Below are positions 1 to 10,699 of a DNA stretch of 64,000 nucleotides, piece after piece. This DNA comes from Balanoglossus misakiensis. Taxonomy: Eukaryota; Animalia; Hemichordata. Position 1 is the first letter of the stretch. Every line of letters begins with the position of its first letter. Made by a program: the position numbers and the translations under genes. A model generated the notes under the pieces. The model was not told where the DNA came from. It saw nothing but the letters and a program-made list of their open reading frames with translations, and made no database searches. The stretch is from the NCBI GenBank assembly GCA_040954595.2, contig CM082584.2, positions 11,250,552 to 11,314,551 of the forward strand. The letters run 5' to 3'.

Positions 1-1555
1 TGAGAACCCTTTATTTTCTTGATTCATTTATATGCAAACAACATTTAACTTATTTACCATATTGCATTTTAGCACCTGTATTTTCGTCGTCCGCTCTCTC
101 GGATATACGCTTTATGCATGTTTGCAAGGTCAGAATGTCCTAAGTAATGACATGTTTATCCATCAAAGCACGACATACGCGTATTTGAATGTCACTGAAA
201 GAAAAATTTACATTGTGTACGAAGCTTAGGCCCAGCCAACCCGGACGGGGTCACGATATTCAGACATCGGACAGTGTAACTTAAAGCCTTGTATTTATGC
301 TCTGGCAGCTTAGAAAAGCAAACTGCTGACCGCGGAACAATCGCTTTCTGTGAATGTTGAAAAAATCACCGGGTTGAAAGACAGGACACACATCGTTCGT
401 GGGTCTAGACAAGGTTTCCTTTGACGTGTACGTATTATACAGCGATTTTATTTTGAATACAATAAACTTTCATTTTTTTTACCAACGTCCTCGTTCTTAT
501 TGTTTTGTGTACTGATTGAGATACAATAGGCAAGTTTTGTCATTATTTCGATGACCTTATCTCAGACAATGTGTTTACAAAAAATCGCCAACTAAGTTTG
601 TAACCCCAGATATGGCCGTAACGTGCAGTTATGCATCCGAGTGTTTTCTGATTCCGTAAAAAAGACGCATACAAAAGCAGCAGGAAAATTGGCTTTTGGT
701 ACCTGGCACGCACAAAAACTTAAAGGAAGGTTAATTTCTTGTGAAATTATATCTCAAGGAGACCGTAAAATATAGTTGTTTGTTTACAAATTCTAAAAAA
801 AATTGTACCCTCCAGGATATCTCATGATATATCCCTTTGCAATATGCAGCAAAAATAAAACATATTTTCGTGGAGACATCTTTATTAGGCATAGCACCTG
901 GGAAGAGACAGAATTGAGTAGAATACACAATGACACATCAAAAATAAAAGAAAAATTAAATAATAAAGACAGTTTGCATGGTACAGTAAATAAAGAATGA
1001 TGAAAATAGATATTGCACATAAAGCAGATTTCTTTGACATTGTGAAAGATGTATCTGGCTGACTTTGGCTCTGCTTAATGTTCAGGTACACAAGATGAAA
1101 AAAAAGTTGTAATTGAATTAGTCACACAGAGATTGTAGCGCGCGGATAATTCTAATCTAGCTAGGGGGTCAGACTGCCAGTCCCCCTAGCTACAATCTCC
1201 GTACGGAGAATGAATTTTAGGCTTGACTGCCACATTTGTTAAAGGGATGCACAAATTGGCCAACAGGAATTCCTGTGCAAAACACGATATCCAATAAACT
1301 CTTGCATCAGTAAACCAAGTATTCTGACTACTGGTATACTTTTTTTATAGAAAATATAACATCATTATCTGAGCTGGGGCTATAGCAAGGTGAATTTTTT
1401 AAAACAGAAATGATGACCATGATTGTAGACATACTAGTAAAAAGCAGTTTTCGTTGAAGAAAAAGACGAAAAGCAAAAGAACAGAGTCACAAAGACAAAG
1501 AGAGGAGAGATTTACAGGAAAAGAAAGTGCATGATTAATTTCTGGCAGTGGCATT

Positions 1556-4441
1556 TTATCTGATATTCTGCCTCATCAATTTGTTTGTGGAATTCTTTGA
1601 ACTGGCCAGCGTCTTCTCCTTCTTCCTCTGCGCATCAACGGCAAAACATTTCCAGAGTCGTAGAGTTTCATCAGCCGCTGCAGACACCACTGTTGTTCCA
1701 TCTGGACTCATTGCCATGTGAAGGACCCTTGATGTGTGACCTGGGGCAGGGTGGAAAACAGTGTGATGTTTAAATAAACTGATTTATGAGACAGGTTGGA
1801 AAAATACTCTATTAATCAGACAGCATAACTTATGAAAGTGTTGTATACAATCTATAAAGTCAAAACAAAGTACAATTTATCAGTACATTTGCCATTACCT
1901 GTGAGTTCAGTAACTTTAGCCATGGTGGGGTATTTCCAGACGATCAATTGATTGTTGGCAAATCCATGCGCTGACACCAGCTCCTTGTATTCCTTGGACC
2001 ACAGAATGGAACAGACCTGTTGGAGGTGGAAGTAGAATCATATCAATATTCCACAAAGGTGTAAACCAGGGATCAAATTTCTCATCAGTGTGCCCTCTAA
2101 GTCAATGTGATGTGCCACTGACTCAACAAATAAAGCAAACTTACCTGGGATTTTGTGTCCACGCTATTCAGACATGTTCCTGTGTTGGCATTCCAAAACC
2201 GGATGTGTCTGTCAGCCGTTCCACCACCGCTTGCAAGGACGCTTGGTTGCCATGGACACCACGCTACAGCCTAAAAAAAAGGTAAAAGCTTCAATTAGAT
2301 TATCGTTTGTAACAAAAGGGTACATGACTCTAATTTGTGTGACATTTGACTCGTAAAAGGATTTTAAAAAAATACTCACTTTCACTGCGGCCTGATGCTG
2401 TGTAAATGTATGCAGCGGTGAAGTGCTTTCGTTGGAGACAGTGGTCGTCCAGATGTTGAGCAGATTGTCGTTGCCACCGCTGGCCAGATATTTGCCGTCA
2501 GGTGACCACTTCAGGCCACACACCTCCTGGGTGTGTCCGGACAGAGTGGCTATGTGGTGTTCTGCCACACGGACGTCATGGTGGTGAATATTACCACTGC
2601 GGGATCCACTATGAAATGAAAGCGAGACATTTTTATTTCATCTTTTTTCTCATATTTAATATATAAAAGCATTTACTGAGTTTGTGTATAAACAGATTGT
2701 CAGTGACTCATATGTTTCACCATATAGTTTGTTGAGAAGTAACTTCATCTATGCTGAGTGGGACCCAATTGGGGGCCACAGTACACACATATATTGTACT
2801 ACATTGTCAGCTTTCAGCACCTTACCTGCTGACTACGAATGAATTCCAAGAGAGGGAACCAACCCTGGCGGCATGCCCTGTCATATTCCGTAAACGCTTT
2901 GATTGTGTGATGTCCCACAACTGAAAGAGGGAGAAAACATACAGTCCATAAAACATAGTTGTTAAATGCCAATAACAGGATGTAATCCGAATAAACAATA
3001 AACCACAAATCGCAAAACCTGACAGCAGAGACATGATGACTGTACCTGCACTTCCCCATTGCTGGTTCCCACAGCAAGGTAGTTGCCTTCCTTGATCCAC
3101 GACACTGATGCAACATAATCTTCCGGGTTTTCCATCTGCAGAAGTTGCTGGATGTCTCCATTGGTTGCGTTCCACAGATACACATTGCCGCCCAACGACA
3201 CAGCCAGGTGATTATTGCAGCTCCAATCAATCAGATTCAAATCTAAAAAAAAAAAAAAAAACATGGTAAACAAATTACTATTTTTTAGATAACTAGGAAC
3301 CAAAAAGGTGAGTATATCGGTGAGCTAAGTAGCACTGACAGTGAACTGGTTCAGTAGACAACTGAAATAGCCTGTGACAAAGTATGCTTGTGATACTTAC
3401 AATAGTCATCTAGTATATCTGGAGCATCTAAAATTCTTTCTGGAAGTTGTGGAATGTGTCTGACACTCTTTTTGCACGACCCCGGCGTCTTGGTCTGACT
3501 GTACAACACTCTTAAATTATTCTGGTATCCTGAAACATGGGGGAAAAAGTTTAGTAGGATTATGTGAATATACAATGAGTGTTGTTGTTTTTTATGGACA
3601 TTTCAAAGTAAAACCTTCTTCCATAATGAAAACAATGATCCCCTACCTTCAGGAGCTTGTGGTGGCTTGCTCTTGTAAGACAAAATTTTGGAATCTAAGA
3701 TGCCACCATTGAGGTTATCAGCAATGAGCTTCTGTTGTTCCAGTTTTGTTGGGCTGAGGACTTCACTGTCTGCATCCTTTCTTTCGTTCATCACCTTGAA
3801 GTGACCAACATCAAAATTGGACGTCGACCGTGACGGGATAAAACGATCTCCGGATGGTGTCTTGGAAGGAGTTTTTCCCTTTCCTGGTGTTTTTCCTGAA
3901 AAAAGGTGATGATAGACAGTTTAACCAGCTAGACAGATTAGTTTAAATGAAAAACAACAATACAATCTTGCCAACAGCTGACTGAATTCTCACAAACAGA
4001 GCCAGGGAAACATGTCAGTACAAGCACATAGGCAGTATCAGGAAGACCTTACACTCCTAACTGCCTAATTATTGGAATATTTTTTTTGAAAAATTCCTTT
4101 CTTTATTGATATTCAATACAATGCCATATAATGTAATTATAAACCAAAGAATAGGGTTCAACACTCCATGGGCCCAAGCCTTCTCAAAGGGCTTCCTTAC
4201 CTGGTGTTTTCGTCGACGTCCTTGGCGTTTTCAGAGGAGTTTTTGACGGCGTTTTCATCGTGCTGTTGTTGAATGATTTGTTGGAATTTTTCATCGGGGA
4301 TACGCACGTCGACGTGTTGATAGAAGTGTTACAGCTATTGGCTTCTGCCGCTTTCCTCTGCCACCTCATCGCTGGTCCTCTGGTGTGTCCGTCCAGTCGC
4401 AACAGATTGTTCACGTCGTTCTCAAAGTTAAGGTGTGCCAT
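1556..4441 (-). CDS. CDC20: Cell division cycle protein 20 (APC/C co-activator, fizzy), 522 aa, 9 coding exons
   Basis: Exons 4441-4201, 3895-3647, 3529-3401, 3242-3046, 2920-2826, 2608-2380, 2270-2145, 2016-1899, 1740-1556. All introns are GT-AG, phases are consistent, total 1569 nt. Motifs: RWQRK, C-box DRFIPSR, Mad2-binding-like KILSY, ERILDAP, WD40 repeats ([25 protein letters not shown]) and the C-terminal IR tail (RQNIR-stop). Confidence 0.98.
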
Positions 4442-5198
4442 GGTGTTTATAGTCTAAATCAAGAGAGTAAACTCTTGGAATTACTGCCTGGGTACGTAAA
4501 GGTGGTCCTAGATAGTTTGGTAATAAATTCCCGTGTTAGATTCTGTCAAGAAACCTTCCCTGCAATTCAAATAAAGCCTTGTTTGCATTTTCCAACGCCT
4601 ATTGTTCGGTTTCAAATTCAAGCTTGTAATAATGTAATAACGAACGTTGTTTACAAGCGAAACGCCGGATAAAACATGAATACACAGTTTCGTTTAGTCC
4701 GCCTGTTCGCGTTCACAGAGAGTACACACTATCTTTAACCCACCATTGGTACGGCTAGTATTATAACATTTTCCCAGAGGTATTGTGATCGCCTCGATTT
4801 TTTAAAAATTTAAATGTCCCGCCCGGAAGTGTTCGTGTCCTCGCTACTTTTATACATTATGTCCCGTACGGATTTTCTTTTCACATTTACTTACCCGCCT
4901 TATGGTCTTTTCTTCTTAGTCCCACTTTCTGATGATATTTCGGTCGGTTATTCACTGTTGAATTTACAAAACTCTAAAGAGTATAACTATAAGGACATTT
5001 GCAAATGCAATGGTGAATGAAACTCGGCCAATTTTCATACAACATGATCGTTAGTACGCGAACTGTGATTGGCCACATTTCTAAAACGAGTTGTACATGA
5101 TTGGTCAACTAACTCCACCAATCAGTATGAACTCCTGGCGCAAACGTTGCCAGACAACGAAAGACCACGCGAGATAACGCGAGAACCAAAGATAGAAA
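4442..5198. promoter_or_regulatory. Divergent (probably bidirectional) promoter region between CDC20 and GPX7/8
   Basis: The two start codons point away from each other, 757 nt apart. The region has an ETS-type CCGGAAGT near 4823 and a cluster of CCAAT/ATTGG boxes at about 5028, 5068, 5100 and 5118. Confidence 0.6.
4566..4616 (-). promoter_or_regulatory. Two CHR-like elements (TTTGAA) upstream of CDC20
   Basis: ttcaaa on + at 4566-4571 and 4611-4616 reads TTTGAA on the CDC20 strand, 125-175 nt upstream of the ATG. CHR is the DREAM/MMB-FOXM1 element of G2/M genes. These are short motifs and the TSS is unknown. Confidence 0.5.
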
Positions 5199-6351
5199 AT
5201 GGCTGCGCCCATGATGTCGAAAATATCATTACGATTTTTAATATCCATTTGCGTTTTACAGAGCATTTATTACACCAAGGGAACTGAAGGAAGCGATTTT
5301 TATTCTTTCACGGTAGATGACATCCATGGCAATCCGGTGTCACTTAACAAATATCGTGGAAGGGTGAGTATCGTGGCATAAAATGGTCATGCCGCAGCCA
5401 CCGTAAACTGAGAATGTAAACAAACAATCACAGACAGTTAATTTGGGTATTTGATGTGACTTTACAGTTGGACAGTCAATTACTTGCTAAATATGGTCAG
5501 TTTACGAGTGTTTGAAAGGATACTTATCCGTGCTGGAACCTTGACATGTTCTACGGGCCGGTCTCGAAATAAATCAATGACGATGTATTCTATACTGTTT
5601 ACAACTAAACAACGTTCGACCTACACAGCGCCCCCTATCGTAGAACCAAGATTTAGCATACACTACTTTTATACGGAAGTAGTCCGAGAAACATGTTTTC
5701 TCCATTCAAGTGATATATTGGCAATAAAGCAAATAAAGTATTTCATTCGTGAGTTTTTTTTTCTTTTGCTTTCCAACTAGGTTACTTTAGTCGTCAACGT
5801 TGCCAGTGAATGCGGCTACACAGACGGCCATTATCAGTCCATGGTGAAAATACAAGACGATCCAGCCTTGTCCGACAAGTTTACTGTGTTGGCATTCCCT
5901 TGCAATCAGTTTGGGAACCAAGAACCCAAATCAAACGCCTTGATCCATAAATTTGTCAAGGAGAACTATGGTGTGGATTTCCCTATGTTTAGTAAAATTG
6001 ATGTCGTTGGAGACAGTGCCAATCCAGCATACAAGTATTTGACAGGTAGTTTTGTTGAATACTGTGGATGAATTTATTTTTTGCTGAATTAAAATTAATT
6101 TTACTGTATATGTGTAAAGATTGTTAGTTTCCATGTCCACACGTGGACAAGCATTTAAAATATTTATTTTGTTTTCAATTCCAGAAACATCTGCAAAAGA
6201 TCCAACGTGGAATTTTTGGAAATATCTGGTAGATCCCAAGGGTCGTGTTATTAATGCGTGGGGACCCTGGATATCTGTGGATACCATTTATCCTGAAATA
6301 GTGTCGGCCGTGAGGAGAGCGAGAGGTCAACGTCATGGAGGCGACCTATGA
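5199..6351 (+). CDS. GPX7: Glutathione peroxidase 7/8 family (Cys-type, secretory pathway), 198 aa, 3 exons
   Basis: Exons 5199-5363, 5781-6045, 6185-6351 (597 nt). Hydrophobic N-terminus; VVNVASECGYTD with catalytic Cys as TGC at 5811-5813; FPCNQFGNQEP; PTWNFWKYLV; ends HGGDL. AATAAA at 6786. Probably the single co-orthologue of vertebrate GPX7 and GPX8. Confidence 0.95.
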
Positions 6352-9300
6352 CCCCCAAGCATTGACAATCTCTGTGATATCTTTTATCAAGTCTTCCAAG
6401 GATGTTTGTGTAACAAGTGTCCACTTTAAAAGTGCCAAAAATGGATATCACAGACATACGGGCAATACTGGCAATGCTATTGAGGGTCGGACTCGACAAT
6501 GTCACCAGTTCAGTGTGACGGCTCTGGCGAGAAATTGAACCATGATCTTCTGGTTGTCACAGTAAATCAACCAAATGGACACTCGGTTGTTTACCAATAC
6601 ATGTACCACGCAACAGCCACACACTTGCTTATCTCTCCATCTCTGAACATGCCCAAGATGGTCAATTCAAGTAAAGGGGGGGGGGGATTTTGTCGCTGTA
6701 TGAAGCAACTACATACTTGTCTGTACAGGTTATTGGAATAGGCTATAATCTTTTCCATATTCATCCACTGTAATCTTAATATGGCAATAAATACTATGGT
6801 CTTCCAATTGAATATATCTCTATGGTTTCCGCTTCCATTTAGTCCTTGCAGTACTCAGTAGAGGAACTTCTCAGCTGCAAACGACTGCATGTTTGTTTTA
6901 GTTTCCCGGTGATTGGTGGAATACATTCTTGAGTGGGATACTTGTTAAATTTTATTTACATGTATCTAGCTGCGTGTTTGTACAGTTTTGATAAATTATA
7001 AAGTTGAAATGTAAGCTTATAAAGTTCATTTAAACCCCTCATAAAAACGACTTCGATTTTGACGACATAAGTTCCGCATTTTAACGATAGAAGCAGTTGC
7101 CGGGTTCCGCAATCAGATTTAAATATAACCTGAAGATATTTCTTCCTGGCTGTCTGTCTGGCGCAGTCTCAGCGCACCTGTTGATCTCTGCACCACCTGT
7201 TAATTGCCTAAGGTGTACAGACTGTATTGTGCCGACGGCCATAACGGTATTGTGGCGAGAAGTCGTAAACTTTTATTGGTTTCCGAATGGAGAAGCACCC
7301 AGTGACAACATAAGTTGGGTCTGCCACCCACCAAAATGGCCGGAGCGGTGAACTGCAAGTAAAAACGGGGGGGGGGGGGGATAGAAGGGCGTTGTGTCGA
7401 AAATGCCAAAAGTGGAATACCTGGGTCGCTCGCTCCAATTACTATATGCACCAGCAACGCCTATTTGGGCCAGGCCCGTTTTACAATTAGGCCTATGTAT
7501 AGTCCTATGTCGCGCCGCAGGGAACAAAAGCCGGCCATCTGAAGAATGTACATGTATTCCGAGAGTCGGCCAAAGAAAAGACAGTGCCTAATTATCAGTG
7601 TTGTCCCGGTTAGTGGAGCAAATCACTTTCACTTTGTGACTGCGGCCTGTTTTGTGGTAAAGGGTGCACTGCTCGATTGGTGGCATGGGGTACTTATTGT
7701 CTCCCGAACTTTCAAGAACCACTTAGAGTTCGGGTGGAGACAAGATAGTCGATCGAGCGACTGGAGTAAGGGGACAATAATATGACCGCGCCAGATGATT
7801 CATGTTATGAGAGGGTTTTGGTTCACCCTCTAAAATCATTACCGCGCGAATTAAATTATAATTTTATCATAATCGTCCGATATAAAATGTTAATTAACCC
7901 ATGCAAGGCAGACTACTGCGTCATATTTTACTGTAAATTATCGGTGGCTACAAAGACTGCAGTCACGTTTGTAAATTTTACTGGGAGATGCCCACGCATT
8001 CTGGTTTTGCATATTTCGTAATCGTAAAAAGAAATTATTCGTCACATTTGAGCCAAAGACTTCTGAAAATAATTAAACATCCGTTCCCTTTGAAGCGAGA
8101 CAACCAAGCATTTTCCCGTGAAGAGAAAGAATTACACGGTGGACAGATCTCAAAGAGACATTAAAATTAAACGTTCGACCTGCCTGTTTGGGCGCCCCGG
8201 GGCATTTTAGACAAAGCGACAGCAAACAGAAGAGCGGGAATGTCATTCCATTAATCTAACAAAGGAGAAGTGTAAATATGGCAGTTAATATTTTTCCGTC
8301 TCTATACGTGTGTCATCATGAATGTCGATTTTATTCCCGTCTCAAGACAGTCTGGGTTTTATTCCGCGGCAAATAGAAAAAGGAGATATTAAACCGTCTG
8401 TGTTGCGTGACCGTGGTTGGCCAATATGGAAATGCTGGCACATCTGGTAAGTGAACCAAAGGACGTGGTTGGTTCATTGAGCAGGGAGTCTGGTTTAAAG
8501 GGATTTGCGTTATAGTTGACCACATACAGGTGGTGTTTCTTATCCCCTTTGAAATTAATATCAAATCGTGGAATTTCCAACAACTGCACCAACTTGATTG
8601 ATCGAGTGTAATATCACGAATGCCTACATGGATATGAAGGGGTCAGTTTGAACCACAGCTAACACTTCTCCGCTTGACAATTAAATCGTGTTGACCGACG
8701 AGCCTTTCGATTCTTTTGAAACCAGTAGTTCAAATTTAGGTATGCCAACGATTGAACAGATAAAAGCTTCGTTGTCTTGACGACGCAAATACAGATAGCC
8801 ATCCGCAAACAAGTATTACGTGATGACCAGTACATTGCAAAGAAAATATTAACATTGGCGTTGGCAGGCTTCCAATGAGTTTTGTAATAACCATGCCAAC
8901 AGGAGGATCGGTACGAATATGTATGCAGCTGACTGACTAGCAAATGTGAAAATGAGACGCTCATTCTTGAAATGTTAGAGCTTGGCATACTCAGTAATTA
9001 ACGTCCTGTCACCGTTAGCATCAAAACGAACGCGCTATAGTTACGCTAAACAATTTGACGAATTAACGAAAAGCTTGAAGACGCCCAGTTTTCACACACA
9101 AAAAGCAAGCCAATGGAAAGAGCCAAATGACCAGATGTCTGAAAGATAAACTAGACACCAAGAAAGATAATAGAAAGTGCCATAAGTAATTAAAAGAACG
9201 AGTTCTTTTTATTCGGAAATACACACGAGGCACTGCTCCCTCCAAGAAAATTCTGGATGAAAATTCCAAAACCGACTGAAGGTACTAGTAGTTCAAAGTT

Positions 9301-10699
9301 CATTACATTTCGTGACCTTTGACTACAAGAAGGTCAACGTCACACATTTTGCTGATTGAACTCTCCTCGAGGCGATATTGACGTTTATTTATATTTTAAT
9401 GTTCGAAAAATGTTGCTTCTTCTACCCGAGAAGTCAGCCGGCAAGATTTCGAGTTAGTCGTTATAAATATCTTGTATGTAAAGCATCACATGGTAAACCA
9501 CGAGCAACACTGTGATTCACACTCAGGAAAAATGGGGTAGTCATGCACACGTGTTCCCCAAAATGTTTCATTTGGAGTTTCCTCTCCCCAAAAGAATTTC
9601 TGACAGGGTTGAACGTGACCGCGTGAGATGCGTGTCACCCACGCATTCGCGGGGATATCGACGATAATCGCCTTTCTTTTGTTTCATTGACGTCACAATC
9701 TGTTACGTCACGACTAATCAATGACAGCAGAAGCAGCCAGTGGCCTGTTTCTTTTTTACACACCTCTGACAATATTCTTCACTTCGAGTTTTCGACCCTC
9801 TGGCAGACAGGCAAGCGGAGAGGAATCGTGGGCAATGATTGCAGCCAGGTTGACTGGTGTTCTGCATGCGACAACCAGGCAACCTTAGCACCACCCGCTA
9901 CAATCATTGCAGCTTGGGCCGTATACGAGTGCATGCTGGGTATTAGTATCACACGTTTTGGTGAATGCATACCTAGTCTGGCGCGGCGTGGGATCTCTGA
10001 ACAGTGACCGAACGAAACGACGTTTGACAAACCCTACTTGTTTCCACAGTGGTTATTTCTATTTTTCTGGCGGCAGGAGTCGATAGGGGTTGGGCAAACA
10101 ATGCCACGAAACGCGCAAACATACCCACTGAGTGCACAAATGAAATACTGGCGGACCTTATCAATCAACCTCAGACGGGAAATAAGGCGTGCAAGAGTAT
10201 CTCAATGAAAAGTCAAATATATGCTTACATTTTAATTGTACTATGGTGAAAAATGAACCCGGGGCCGTGCGGACTTACCGACATGACGGAAGGGACTGTT
10301 AGTAGAAGATTGTGCTTGAGCGTCTGGTAGTCTAAATTCGGTATATTGGTGGTTAGATTTCAAGACTCCAGAAAAGCAAATTGATTTGGAAATTTACGTT
10401 TAGTATGCCTATGAGCTGAATGAATCTCTATGGCGGATTTTGTTTCGAAAACCAGGGCGGAAGGCGCCAAAATAGCTCATTAGCCGCACTTATTACACAC
10501 ACAAAATCGGCAATGATTTTGAATACACGTCCGTGAATGGACTACTAAAGAGAGACTTTGAGAAACCATTCATTCTCATTATAGATACACTATTTCAATT
10601 GGTGTAAAAGCCACAAGTGGGAAAACTTTCTTACCAGCAGGGACACAACCAAATGGCGCGACAATTTGCCGTCAGGAACGGAATCAAAAATCAAACAAA

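Noticed and set aside
1741-4200. Search for a miR-449/34 hairpin in CDC20 introns, by analogy with CDC20B
   Set aside because: The introns are short and I saw no TGGCAGTG-type mature sequence on the sense strand.
6349-6800. GPX terminal TGA as a possible selenocysteine codon
   Set aside because: The catalytic residue is Cys (TGC), the TGA follows a natural xxDL terminus, and I saw no SECIS fold in the 3'UTR.
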